Sequence record: NC_048045.1 | Reading direction: 5' to 3' (one strand) | DNA: 64,000 nucleotides | Shown here: one piece after another, positions 52,338 through 60,586 of the stretch | How the letters are laid out: every line of letters starts with the position of its first letter | Numbering within the stretch: the first letter of the stretch is position 1 | Notes under the pieces: generated by a model | Told to the model about the DNA's origin: nothing | The model's input: the letters and a program-made list of their open reading frames with translations, nothing else | The model's database searches: none | Made by a program: the position numbers and the translations under genes

Positions 52338-55070
52338 ATGACCTTCTACCCCATGGAGGACCGGGCCAAGGCCCGCTCCGTCGTCACCAACCTGCTGGAC
52401 CTCCAGCGCGAAGCCGTCAAGGTCAGCCGCCAAGGCCTGATCCTGCCGCCCGAGCGCAAGCAGTTGATCACCCAGTTGACCGAGACCGAGGATCACACCC
52501 GTTGGGTTGACCTGCTGGGCCAGTTCGCCGATCGCGTCCAGACCGATCACCTGAGCCGTCTGAAACCGATCGCCAAGGACGACTTCAACGCCTTCTGCGA
52601 GTACGTCAATCCCGACGAGCCGCCGGCCTCCAAGTGGCACGTCTTCCTGACCGGCACGCTCCAGGAGATCGAGAACAATCCCGAGCTTGAGCGCTTCGTG
52701 CTCAACTGCCCGCCGGGCCACGCCAAGCCGCTCGACGTCGACACCGAGGTGCTGATGGCTGACGGCGCCTGGAAGCGCCTGGGCGACATCGTGGTGGGCG
52801 ACTACGTGGTCGGCGAGAGCGGCGCGCGCTGCAAGGTCACCGCCGTTCACGAGCAGGGCGACCTCGACACCCTGAAGATCACCACCGCCCACGGCCGGCA
52901 GATCATCGCCGCGCCCGATCACTCGTTCCGGGTCGGTGACGGCTGGAAGCCGGCCGGCAAGCTGCGCCCTGGCGACGCCCTGTCCGTCGTCGGCGCCGCC
53001 AACCTCAACTACGACGCCAGCGGCAAGACCATCGACCACTTCGAGCTTGCCGCCTACCTCCAGGCCAAGGGCGGGCGCTCCTACTTCCACCGCGTCCACA
53101 AGAGCGGGCCGAAGACCTACCGCAACGTCTATCTGTGGACCTCCGATCACCGCGAGGCCAGCCAGATCGCCGCGTGCCTCAAGCGCATGGGCATCACCTT
53201 CAAGGGTCGTCTGGCCAAGACCGAGAAGGTCTGGAAGATGCGCCTGTCGACCGAGTGGGGCGACGCCCTGGCCGAGGAGTACGGCCTGGACGCCAAGATC
53301 GACGCGCGCCGTGTTCCGGCCTTTGTCACGAAAGGCGACGAGGAGCAGATCGGCCGCTACCTGTCGACCCTGACCTCGCTGGCCGGCGAAGCCCCCGAGC
53401 GCTACACCATCCCGCGTCTGGTGCTCTACTTCAAGAACCCCGACTTCGCCACCGACGTCCAGCGCCTGTTCGCCGCCGTCGGCGTCAACGCCCGCATCGA
53501 GCCGCGCAAGACCGGCCGCACCCGGCTGCACATCTCCGGCGCGGACCTGGAGGCCTACTTCGCCGCCGGCCTGACCTACTCCGGCGCCAACGCCGACAAG
53601 CTGCCGGCCAAGCGCGCGGCCTTCCCGACCTCGCCCTCGACCCTGGCCGATCACGTCACCTGGATCGAACCGCACGGCGTGCGCCCCTGCCGCTGCCTGA
53701 CGGTCGAGAACGAGCACACTTTCATCGCCCAGGGCGTTGTCGTCCACAACTCGACCTACGCCTCGCGCCTGTTCGTGGCGTGGCGCCTGGGGCGCGATCC
53801 GCGCCAGAAAATCATCGGCGGCGGTCACTCCCAGCGCTTCGTCGAGAACGAGTTCAGCGGCAAGATTCGCAACCTCGTGCGCACGCCTCAGTTCAAGGAC
53901 GTCTTCCCCGGCGTCGTCATCGACCACGCCACCTCGGCTAAGGACATGTGGGCCATCGCCGGGCACGGTGGGCAGTACGCCGCCAAGGGCGCTGGGCAAG
54001 CCATCCACGGTCTGCGCGCCAACTTCGTCTGCGTCGATGACCCCTATCCGTCGATCCAGAAGGCCGAGAGCGGGGCCTATCGCGAGGAAGTCCGCACGTG
54101 GTTCTTCGGTGACGTTGGCTCGCGTCTGTTGCCGCTTGCCAAAGTATTCCTCATCATGACGCGCTTTCATGAGGAAGATTTGACGGGTACGATCCTCAAG
54201 TACAACCAAGACGCACTTGTGGAGTCGGATCGTTATCACATCGTCGAAGCGCCCGCCCTGTGTTACGACCCTGAGAACGACGTCCTCGGCAGGGCGCTCG
54301 GCGAAGTTTTGTGGGACTACTATGACTTGCATTACTTCAAACGGAAGCGCTCCGAGTGGAAGTACCAAAGATTTGCTTTGGTTTATCAACAACTTGCGGA
54401 CGCGGCCTCGGACACGTCCATCGCGTCTAAGTTCCAGACCTATACGCACCTGCCGCATCTGGAGCCCAAGACCCTCAAGGCGCGCATGGATGCGGGGCAT
54501 GTCGACGATCGCGGCCGGCCGATCCCGGACCGCAAGGAGCACTTCCGCCGGGTCGTGACCTCGGTCGACGCGGCTCAGAAAAAGGGCGCGCGCAACGACT
54601 ACACGGTCGTCCAGGTGTGGGGCGAGACCCACGATCGCAAGCACTACCTGATCTACCAGGAGCGCAAGAAGGTCGAGATCAACGACCTGATCGAGATGGT
54701 CGAGCGCATCTCCAAGCGCTTCGACGTCGACTCGATCCTGGTCGAAGACAAGGGCAACGGCACCGCCTACATCCAGGCGCGGGGCCAGACCGACAGCCAG
54801 CGCCGGCTCGCGCCGGCCCCGATCGAGGCGATCCAGGTCCCCAGCACCTACTCCAAGGAGTTCCGCTTCAACGAGGTCATCCCGATGATCGAGGCGCAAG
54901 AGGTCTACCTGCCTGACAAGGCGCCGTGGCTGGACCTGTTCATCCGCGAAGTCGGGCAGTTCCCCGAAGGCGCCCACGATGACCAAGTCGACGCCATGAC
55001 GCAGTACCTCCGCTGGGCCAAGTCCAAGCGCTCGCGGTTCGGCGCGCGCAAGGTCGGCTCGATGGGCTGA
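52338..55070 (+). CDS. terL: terminase large subunit, intein-containing
   Basis: Walker A PPGHAK|STY split by the intein, Walker B VCVDDP, nuclease VDAA...ND and HDDQVDA. Confidence 0.93.
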   Translation: MTFYPMEDRAKARSVVTNLLDLQREAVKVSRQGLILPPERKQLITQLTETEDHTRWVDLLGQFADRVQTDHLSRLKPIAKDDFNAFCEYVNPDEPPASKWHVFLTGTLQEIENNPELERFVLNCPPGHAKPLDVDTEVLMADGAWKRLGDIVVGDYVVGESGARCKVTAVHEQGDLDTLKITTAHGRQIIAAPDHSFRVGDGWKPAGKLRPGDALSVVGAANLNYDASGKTIDHFELAAYLQAKGGRSYFHRVHKSGPKTYRNVYLWTSDHREASQIAACLKRMGITFKGRLAKTEKVWKMRLSTEWGDALAEEYGLDAKIDARRVPAFVTKGDEEQIGRYLSTLTSLAGEAPERYTIPRLVLYFKNPDFATDVQRLFAAVGVNARIEPRKTGRTRLHISGADLEAYFAAGLTYSGANADKLPAKRAAFPTSPSTLADHVTWIEPHGVRPCRCLTVENEHTFIAQGVVVHNSTYASRLFVAWRLGRDPRQKIIGGGHSQRFVENEFSGKIRNLVRTPQFKDVFPGVVIDHATSAKDMWAIAGHGGQYAAKGAGQAIHGLRANFVCVDDPYPSIQKAESGAYREEVRTWFFGDVGSRLLPLAKVFLIMTRFHEEDLTGTILKYNQDALVESDRYHIVEAPALCYDPENDVLGRALGEVLWDYYDLHYFKRKRSEWKYQRFALVYQQLADAASDTSIASKFQTYTHLPHLEPKTLKARMDAGHVDDRGRPIPDRKEHFRRVVTSVDAAQKKGARNDYTVVQVWGETHDRKHYLIYQERKKVEINDLIEMVERISKRFDVDSILVEDKGNGTAYIQARGQTDSQRRLAPAPIEAIQVPSTYSKEFRFNEVIPMIEAQEVYLPDKAPWLDLFIREVGQFPEGAHDDQVDAMTQYLRWAKSKRSRFGARKVGSMG
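52728..53750 (+). mobile_element. 341-aa intein with degenerate LAGLIDADG-like region
   Basis: Block A PLDVDTEVLMADG, block B APDH, block F CRCLTVE, block G VVHN|S. Confidence 0.9.
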
Positions 55071-55096
55071 TTAACCATCTTCGTTCACCCTGTCCG

Positions 55097-55133
55097 GGCC
55101 TGTTAACCTTAACACACCGAGGGTTAACAGGCC
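55097..55133. repeat. 12-bp inverted repeat
   Basis: GGCCTGTTAACC-N13-GGTTAACAGGCC. Confidence 0.8.
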
Positions 55134-55277
55134 AGGGACCCATCGAAATTAACCCTTGGGGACCCAGGGGAATCGTCAGCCGGGGACCCTGGGAAATTAA
55201 CCCTTGGGGACCCACCAAAATCAACCTTCGGGGACCCTAGCAAATCGTGGCTCGGGGACCCTGGCAAATCAAGGAGC
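55134..55277. repeat. 6 x 24-bp tandem array
   Basis: RGGGACCC-N4-RAATY-N7 at 55134, 55158, 55182, 55206, 55230 and 55254. Confidence 0.9.
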
Positions 55278-55282
55278 CGGCG

Positions 55283-55516
55283 ATGGCCGAACTCATGTCT
55301 CTGATGGCCAGCGCCGCGCCGTTCCTGCTGCTGGCGATCGTCGTCTACCACGCCCTGGAGGCCTTCTGGGCGATCAGCCTGTGGGTCTACGGCCTGCGCA
55401 CCCTGTGGAAGCTCCACCGCGACGACGTCAGCGAGGCCCTGACCCTGGAGCGGGCCTTGAGCCCCTTCTCCAGCCCTGGCCGCGACCGCAACGGCAATCC
55501 TGTCCCGCCGGCCTGA
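55283..55516 (+). CDS. small membrane protein
   Basis: AAGGAG RBS; hydrophobic N-terminal half. Confidence 0.75.
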   Translation: MAELMSLMASAAPFLLLAIVVYHALEAFWAISLWVYGLRTLWKLHRDDVSEALTLERALSPFSSPGRDRNGNPVPPA

Positions 55517-55523
55517 CGACCTA

Positions 55524-55549
55524 TGTCACGGACTGTAGGTTTCATGACA
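55524..55549. promoter_or_regulatory. TGTCAYR-N12-YRTGACA palindromic site A
   Basis: TGTCACG-GACTGTAGGTTT-CATGACA. Confidence 0.6.
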
Positions 55550-55588
55550 AGGTGGATTATTCCACAACGAAATCAAAGGCTTATCGCC

Positions 55589-55837
55589 ATGTCGATCCGC
55601 GCGTTCCTCCACGATCTGGCTGTCCGCTTCGTCGTTTTGGGGTGGATTTTTGCTCAAAAACCCCAGAAATGGGCTCCAAAAGGGCATAATTTTCAGCCCA
55701 TCCCGCCGGCCCAGGTCGAGCGGCAGGACCTCCGGGGGCGCGTGCTCCTCCTGAGGAGCTTCGGCGTCCTCGCCGCCGCATGCACAACCATGGGCCTGTG
55801 TCAATACCTGCTCTGGTGCCGCGCGGCCATGTCATAG
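55589..55837 (+). CDS. doubtful ORF
   Basis: Atypical composition, no clear RBS; overlaps A-tract DNA. Confidence 0.25.
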   Translation: MSIRAFLHDLAVRFVVLGWIFAQKPQKWAPKGHNFQPIPPAQVERQDLRGRVLLLRSFGVLAAACTTMGLCQYLLWCRAAMS

Positions 55838-55855
55838 ACTAGGGCTTTCGTGACA
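55830..55855. promoter_or_regulatory. palindromic site B
   Basis: TGTCATA-GACTAGGGCTTT-CGTGACA. Confidence 0.6.
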
Positions 55856-55884
55856 GCTTCACGATCCCGTTACCGGACAACCCC

Positions 55885-56040
55885 ATGCCCCACCTCGGTT
55901 TCTGGCTCTCCGCCGCCTGCATCGCCCTGGCCTGGGCGATCTGGGCCGGCGCCCGCGTGATCCGCCACGACCGTGCCCGCAGGGCCGCCTTTGGGCGCCT
56001 GGGCCGGCTCACCGCCCGCACCCATATGCGTCATATATGA
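55885..56040 (+). CDS. small membrane peptide (51 aa, below the ORF-track cutoff)
   Basis: MPHLGFWLSAACIALAWAIWAGARVIR..., TM helix plus basic tail. Confidence 0.5.
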   Translation: MPHLGFWLSAACIALAWAIWAGARVIRHDRARRAAFGRLGRLTARTHMRHI

Positions 56041-56070
56041 GCCCTTAGCCCCTCTAAGGTCTCATATATG
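56032..56070. repeat. near-perfect hairpin
   Basis: CATATATGAG-C-CCTTAG-CCCCT-CTAAGG-T-CTCATATATG. Confidence 0.75.
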
Positions 56071-56108
56071 CGACCTTACGGTCCTCTTGACGCCCTCGTG
56101 TTCCTCTG

Positions 56109-56246
56109 AACGCGGGGGCGTTTTGACGTCGGCGCATTTCCAACTCAACGCGGGAGCGTTTTGACGTCCGAGCGTTTTGACGCGAGCGCATTTTCGATTC
56201 GACGGGCGAGCGTTTTGACGTCCGAACGTTTTTCAACTTGACGTCG
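56109..56246. repeat. degenerate direct-repeat tract
   Basis: GCGTTTTGACG at 56118, 56156, 56172 and 56210. Confidence 0.8.
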
Positions 56247-56272
56247 TTTCATTTACCACGAGCGCCTTAGGG

Positions 56273-56430
56273 TTAACCGCCGAGCCTGGGAAGGGTTAAG
56301 GCCCGTTAACCATGTTTGTTAACCCTCATACCATTAACCTATCACCCGTTAAGGTTAACGCGCCAGACCCATTAACCCTTAGCGTGTTAAGGTTAACGCC
56401 CCGGCCCAGGCGCCCGGCGTTAACCTTAAC
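56273..56430. promoter_or_regulatory. dense TTAA/GTTAAC cluster (CtrA half-site-like)
   Basis: More than 10 TTAA within about 160 bp of GC-rich DNA; spacings mostly not N7. Confidence 0.5.
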
Positions 56431-56448
56431 GGCGCGTCCCCGGCCCAG

Positions 56449-56488
56449 GTCATACCCGGTAGGGCCGTCAGGCCCTACCGGGTATGAC
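56449..56488. repeat. perfect 18-bp-stem palindrome
   Basis: GTCATACCCGGTAGGGCC-GTCA-GGCCCTACCGGGTATGAC. Confidence 0.9.
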
Positions 56489-56538
56489 TCCGCTGGCCAG
56501 CGCCAGCCGGCGAGCCCGGCGCCGATTTTCTTTCGGCG

Positions 56539-56597
56539 TTTACTTTTTGTTAAGAATTGGGCTCTAGTGTCCTCCTTGCCGGCGCACTTCCGCGCCG
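56539..56597 (+). promoter_or_regulatory. CtrA-box promoter C1 with +1 hairpin
   Basis: TTTA-N7-TTAAGA, TAGTGT 56565, CGGCGC-ACTTCC-GCGCCG. Confidence 0.7.
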
Positions 56598-56613
56598 TCT
56601 GGAGAACGCCCGC

Positions 56614-56802
56614 ATGATCCCGGCCGAAGTGCTGAACCCCCGCGAGCACTGGACTCCCGTCGCCACCCGCGACGAGGCGGAGTCCATCGCCACCGCCTGC
56701 AACGCTTCCGACGACGTCGGCCGCTACTACGTCGAGCCCAAGGGCGCGGCCTTCGCCGTGGCCTATGACGACGAGTCCGGCGCGTTCGTCGCTTACCTCT
56801 AG
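56614..56802 (+). CDS. hypothetical protein
   Basis: GGAG RBS. Confidence 0.8.
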   Translation: MIPAEVLNPREHWTPVATRDEAESIATACNASDDVGRYYVEPKGAAFAVAYDDESGAFVAYL

Positions 56803-56818
56803 TCCTGGAGCCTTCGCC

Positions 56819-57106
56819 ATGTCTCGACTCACCGGCTACAACGTCAACGGAACCGGGTTCAAGGGCGGGGCGGTTCCGCCCGTCCCCGCCCAAGGCATGA
56901 CCGGCCACGCCGACGGGCTGAACCTTTGGGTTCCGGCGCGCGAGCATGTCGCCGCGCTCTTGCCGCACCGCTGGCGCGCCGCCTTCGCCCGCGCCGTGTT
57001 TTGGTACGACAAACACGACAACGCCAAGCCGGCGCGCGCCGACCTCTACGACTCGCGCGGCCGGTACCTGACTCAGGTCTGGGCGCATCCGGTTTTCGCC
57101 GATTAA
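56819..57106 (+). CDS. hypothetical protein
   Basis: GGAG RBS. Confidence 0.75.
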   Translation: MSRLTGYNVNGTGFKGGAVPPVPAQGMTGHADGLNLWVPAREHVAALLPHRWRAAFARAVFWYDKHDNAKPARADLYDSRGRYLTQVWAHPVFAD

Positions 57107-57145
57107 CGTTTTGTTAAGACTTGGCCTCTAAACAGGGGTCAAGTC
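57103..57145 (+). promoter_or_regulatory. CtrA-box promoter C2 with hairpin across the -10
   Basis: TTAA-CGTTTTG-TTAAGA, TAAACA 57129; GACTTGGCCTCT-AAAC-AGGGGTCAAGTC. Confidence 0.75.
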
Positions 57146-57167
57146 CAACCCCTGGAGGCCCTGCCCC

Positions 57168-57707
57168 ATGTCCGCTATCGAAACCGTCAACCTCTCGCGT
57201 GGCCGTGTTCTCACGGTCGAAATCGACGACTGCGCCCAAGAGCCCTACGCCGACGACAAGGGCGTGCGAATCGTCGTCCTGCATCGCCATTGGACGAACC
57301 CCGCCGCCGGCCTGCTGGACACCGTCGAGGACGTCCAAGCCTTCGAGGCGGAGAACGACGCGCCCGACTCCGAATGGGCGATCTTTGAGCTATGGGTGAT
57401 GGACCATAGCGGCCGGACCTTCAAGGCCGGCGCTCTGGGCGCCGGAAACCCGTTCGGCGCCGGACCCTACGCGCAATGGGATAGCGGCCGGGTCGGAGTC
57501 ATCGCCCTGGCGCGCGCCGAGTGGCCCGCCGCCGACCTCAAGACCGCCCAAGGCGTCGCCGACACCTACGGCGCATGGGCCGAAGGCGAGGTTTACCAAT
57601 TCGTCATTTCGAACCGCCGGGGCGACGTGCTCGACTCGTGCGGCGGGTTCTACAGCGTCGCCGAAGCCCTGGCCACCGGCCGGCAGGAAGCGAAGGTGAA
57701 GGCGTGA
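57168..57707 (+). CDS. hypothetical phage protein
   Basis: GGAGG RBS; WAEGEVYQFVI...DSCGGFY. Confidence 0.85.
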   Translation: MSAIETVNLSRGRVLTVEIDDCAQEPYADDKGVRIVVLHRHWTNPAAGLLDTVEDVQAFEAENDAPDSEWAIFELWVMDHSGRTFKAGALGAGNPFGAGPYAQWDSGRVGVIALARAEWPAADLKTAQGVADTYGAWAEGEVYQFVISNRRGDVLDSCGGFYSVAEALATGRQEAKVKA

Positions 57708-57898
57708 GGGTCGCCCGCGAAAGCTTCGCCGTGTTCTGGACCCGTCCCGGCTGGCGCGTCCAGTTTCACGCCGACATGAAACGGGCGCTGTACCCGACCG
57801 CCAAGGCCGCCGCCGACGCCTTCGCCGCCATGTTCCCGGCTGATCAGGTCAAGAGCGTGCGCGACGGCTCCGGCCGCTTCCTGGCCTTCAAGCGCTAG
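57704..57898 (+). CDS. hypothetical protein
   Basis: GTGA overlap. Confidence 0.7.
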   Translation: MRVARESFAVFWTRPGWRVQFHADMKRALYPTAKAAADAFAAMFPADQVKSVRDGSGRFLAFKR

Positions 57899-57903
57899 AC
57901 CAG

Positions 57904-57939
57904 ACGCCCCGGAATCTTTTTCCGGGGCGTTTACTTTTT
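57904..57939 (+). terminator. intrinsic terminator
   Basis: ACGCCCCGGAA-TCTTT-TTCCGGGGCGT followed by TTACTTTTT. Confidence 0.75.
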
Positions 57940-57994
57940 GTTAAGAGTTTGCCTGATAGTGTCCCCTTGCCGCCGGGCAATCCCGCCCGCCGGC
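57930..57994 (+). promoter_or_regulatory. CtrA-box promoter C3 with AATCCC-loop hairpin
   Basis: TTTA-N7-TTAAGA, TAGTGT 57957; GCCGCCGGGC-AATCCC-GCCCGCCGGC. Confidence 0.75.
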
Positions 57995-58014
57995 CTTCGT
58001 TAGGATCGCACCGC

Positions 58015-59013
58015 ATGACCTCTCACGCCATGGTCGCCCATCGTTGGGCTCAAGACGACGAGAACGCCCGCAACGTCAAGGGCTTCAACATGTATTTCGA
58101 GCGTTACGGGCGCGGCCCGGACGCGGTCAACGTCATCTTTTCGTATGGGACTCACTTTCCGGCCGCCGCCTTCGTGACCGATGAGCACGGCCGCCGCGTG
58201 GTCCTGATCACCACGAAAGGTTACAGCGTCTCGACCTCTAAGCACATGTCGCACATCCGCCGGGCGATCCCGTCGGGCGTGCCGGTCTTCCACGTGCCGC
58301 ACGTCTCGCGCATGCACAAGCCGGGCGGTTCGTCCGACTTCCACGCCGTCAACCTCGAATCCTACCTCAAGGCCGTCGCCGACACCGCCGCCAAGGCCAA
58401 GCGCGCCCGGACCAATGGCCCTTGGCTGCTGTCGCAGGCCCGCGAAGCTCTGGAGGAAGCCAAGGCTTACGCCGCCGCCTTCAAGCTCAAGACCAAGGTT
58501 CCGGCCAATCTGGAGGATGTGGCCGGCGCATGGGCGAAGATGACCGCCGCCAAGGCCAAGGCCGAAGCCAAGGCCCGCAAGGAGGCCGAAAAGCGCGCCC
58601 GTGAGGCCGCCGAACAAGCCAAGATGCGCGACGCCGACGCCTTCGCCCGTTGGCAAGCTGGCGAGGGCTATCAAGCCCCCTACAGCTACCGCACCCGCGA
58701 CGACGGAACGGTTTACCTCCGCCGCGTCGGGGACGAACTGCAAACCTCGCAAGGCGCAACCGTGCCTTGGGAACACGCGGTTAAGGCCTTCCGGTTCATC
58801 AAGCTTTGCCGTGAACGCGGCGAGGGCTTCAAGACCAATGGGCGGGTTATCCGCGTGGGTCACTTCACCGTCGACTCCATCACCCCGGCCGGGGACATGG
58901 TGGCCGGTTGCCACCGGTTCGCGTGGTCGGAAATCGAACGCCTCGCGCGCGCCGAAGGGGTCCTAGACCTCGCGCCGGCCGCCGACGCCGTCGAGAGCCG
59001 CGAGCACGCCTAA
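58015..59013 (+). CDS. hypothetical early phage protein (332 aa)
   Basis: IFSYGTHFPAA motif, Ala/Lys-rich coiled linker. Confidence 0.85.
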   Translation: MTSHAMVAHRWAQDDENARNVKGFNMYFERYGRGPDAVNVIFSYGTHFPAAAFVTDEHGRRVVLITTKGYSVSTSKHMSHIRRAIPSGVPVFHVPHVSRMHKPGGSSDFHAVNLESYLKAVADTAAKAKRARTNGPWLLSQAREALEEAKAYAAAFKLKTKVPANLEDVAGAWAKMTAAKAKAEAKARKEAEKRAREAAEQAKMRDADAFARWQAGEGYQAPYSYRTRDDGTVYLRRVGDELQTSQGATVPWEHAVKAFRFIKLCRERGEGFKTNGRVIRVGHFTVDSITPAGDMVAGCHRFAWSEIERLARAEGVLDLAPAADAVESREHA

Positions 59014-59018
59014 CACCC

Positions 59019-59051
59019 AAGGCCGCGCCACCCTGGCGCGGCCTTTCTTTT
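59019..59051 (+). terminator. intrinsic terminator
   Basis: AAGGCCGCGCCA-CCC-TGGCGCGGCCTT-TCTTTT. Confidence 0.85.
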
Positions 59052-59062
59052 CCGTGTACGCG

Positions 59063-59126
59063 TTAACTTCTTGTTAAGACTTTAGGCCTAGTGTCCTCTT
59101 GCGGCCGGGCAATCCCGCCCCGCCGC
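59063..59126 (+). promoter_or_regulatory. CtrA-box promoter C4 with AATCCC-loop hairpin
   Basis: TTAA-CTTCTTG-TTAAGA, TAGTGT 59089; GCGGCCGGGC-AATCCC-GCCCCGCCGC. Confidence 0.8.
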
Positions 59127-59141
59127 CCTGGATCAAGTCCG

Positions 59142-59489
59142 ATGCAAAACGTCCCCGTTGGTCACCGCTTCACCCGCTACGGCCAAACCTACGTTGTCCG
59201 CCCTGGCCTGCGCTATGTGCCGGAGGCGCAAGCCGCCGACGCCTCGCGCCGGGGCTGGACCCTGCAAAACTCCGACCTCAAGGCCTTGTTGGGCTGGACG
59301 CCGAAGCTTCCCCGCGACGCCGTCGCCCCGGTCATGGTCGGGAACGTGTCGGTTTACGTTCTGAGCGCGGCCGAAGCCGCCGCCCGCAAGCCGAAGAATA
59401 ACCGGCCGCACCGCGTGACGGCGGTTTGTCCCGGATGCGCCGCCCATGTGCCCGCCGGGCGCATTGGTCAGCACAAGTGCAAGGCCTAA
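59142..59489 (+). CDS. hypothetical protein with C-terminal C2-H-C zinc-finger-like motif
   Basis: CPGCAAHVPAGRIGQHKC. Confidence 0.7.
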   Translation: MQNVPVGHRFTRYGQTYVVRPGLRYVPEAQAADASRRGWTLQNSDLKALLGWTPKLPRDAVAPVMVGNVSVYVLSAAEAAARKPKNNRPHRVTAVCPGCAAHVPAGRIGQHKCKA

Positions 59490-59550
59490 CCCCTTTCCCC
59501 CTTCCCTGCCCCGGCCGCGCGCCGGGGCGCCCTCTCTGGAGATTTTCCCC

Positions 59551-60171
59551 ATGGCCCGCCTGATCAAAGCCAAGACCGCCGCCGAACAAGCCGAAGCCCT
59601 CGCCAGCCTGCGCAAGATGATCAAGCCGGGCGACACGGTTTATCCCGTGCTTCGCCACGTCTCGACCTCCGGCATGATGCGGGTCATTGACCTGATTATC
59701 CCGGTCACCGTCACCCAAACCGACACCTTGCCGGCCGATGCGCGCGGCTTCAAGATCGGCGTTCAAGCCTATGCGACCCCGCCGGAGCGCAACGCCCCCC
59801 GCGCCTTCTCAACCGGTACGGTTTCGGCTTTCGACGCCGACACCGTGACCATTGCCTATCAGGCCACCGCCGACGGCCGGGGCGACGCGGAGTCGGTGAC
59901 GTGGCCCCGTGGTCAGGTCAAGTTCTACCGCAAGAGCACGCGCCCCGGCGTCCGCTCGATCGGCTGGCTTGCCGCGAAGGCCATGGGCGACACTTTCGAC
60001 GCCGACCGCCAAGGAATCAAGGTCGGCGGGTGCGGTATGGATATGGGCTTTCACCTCGTTTACAGCCTGGGCCGCACCTTGTGGCCGAAGGGGACGAAAA
60101 AGCCCCATGGCTCGCGCAATGGCGAGCCCGACCGCGACGGCGGTTATGCGCTGAAACATTCCTGGCTTTAA
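59551..60171 (+). CDS. hypothetical phage protein
   Basis: GGAG RBS; VYPVLRHVSTSGMMR and GGCGMDMGFHLVYSL motifs. Confidence 0.85.
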   Translation: MARLIKAKTAAEQAEALASLRKMIKPGDTVYPVLRHVSTSGMMRVIDLIIPVTVTQTDTLPADARGFKIGVQAYATPPERNAPRAFSTGTVSAFDADTVTIAYQATADGRGDAESVTWPRGQVKFYRKSTRPGVRSIGWLAAKAMGDTFDADRQGIKVGGCGMDMGFHLVYSLGRTLWPKGTKKPHGSRNGEPDRDGGYALKHSWL

Positions 60172-60232
60172 CTTTTTGTTAAGAGTTTAGCCGCTAATGT
60201 CTCCTTGCGGCCGGGCAATCCCGCCCGGCCGC
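60168..60232 (+). promoter_or_regulatory. CtrA-box promoter C5 with perfect AATCCC-loop hairpin
   Basis: TTAA-CTTTTTG-TTAAGA, TAATGT 60195; GCGGCCGGGC-AATCCC-GCCCGGCCGC. Confidence 0.8.
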
Positions 60233-60249
60233 ACTGGAAAGCCAAGCCC

Positions 60250-60522
60250 ATGACCCGCGCTCAAGCCCTCGCCGAAATGAACGCCCTCCCCGGTATCATC
60301 GCCTCTTTCGAGCGCGAGACGGGCGAATATCGCGTCACCCTGCGCTTTGGCCCCCTGCCGGGCGGCCGGGGCGCTCAAGAGTGGATGCACAAGCGCCGCG
60401 AAGCCGTCGCCAGCTACAGCGACGACAAGGCCGACGCCCTGGCCACCGCCCGCGACATGTCGGCCCGCTGGGAAGCCATGACGCCCGCGCAACGTGATCA
60501 CCTGTACCGCCACCCCGCGTAA
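60250..60522 (+). CDS. hypothetical protein
   Basis: Downstream of C5. Confidence 0.8.
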   Translation: MTRAQALAEMNALPGIIASFERETGEYRVTLRFGPLPGGRGAQEWMHKRREAVASYSDDKADALATARDMSARWEAMTPAQRDHLYRHPA

Positions 60523-60560
60523 CCCTTCCTTAAGACCTCGCCGCCTAGGGTGGCGGGGTC
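60519..60560 (+). promoter_or_regulatory. CtrA-box promoter C6 with hairpin across the -10
   Basis: GTAA-N7-TTAAGA, TAGGGT 60546; GACCTCGCCGCC-TAG-GGTGGCGGGGTC. Confidence 0.7.
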
Positions 60561-60586
60561 ATCAACCCCCGCAAGGATCGCCCGAC

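Noticed and set aside
52248-54986. 912-aa minus-strand ORF (also 4466-5941 +, 3333-4352 + and other long opposite-strand ORFs)
   Set aside because: Antisense shadows of real genes, expected in high-GC3 DNA
55134-55277. CRISPR or mini-CRISPR reading of the 24-bp array
   Set aside because: The constant part is only 8+5 bp with 4-7 nt variable gaps; there are no spacer-length uniques and no cas genes
55524-55855. Pho box, parS or IS-end identity for the TGTCA sites
   Set aside because: Half-sites are inverted rather than 11-bp direct repeats, do not match parS TGTTTCACGTGAAACA, and there is no transposase or target-site duplication
56273-56430. Canonical full CtrA boxes in the GTTAAC cluster
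   Set aside because: The spacings checked are 2, 9 or 11 nt rather than 7; recorded only as half-site-like
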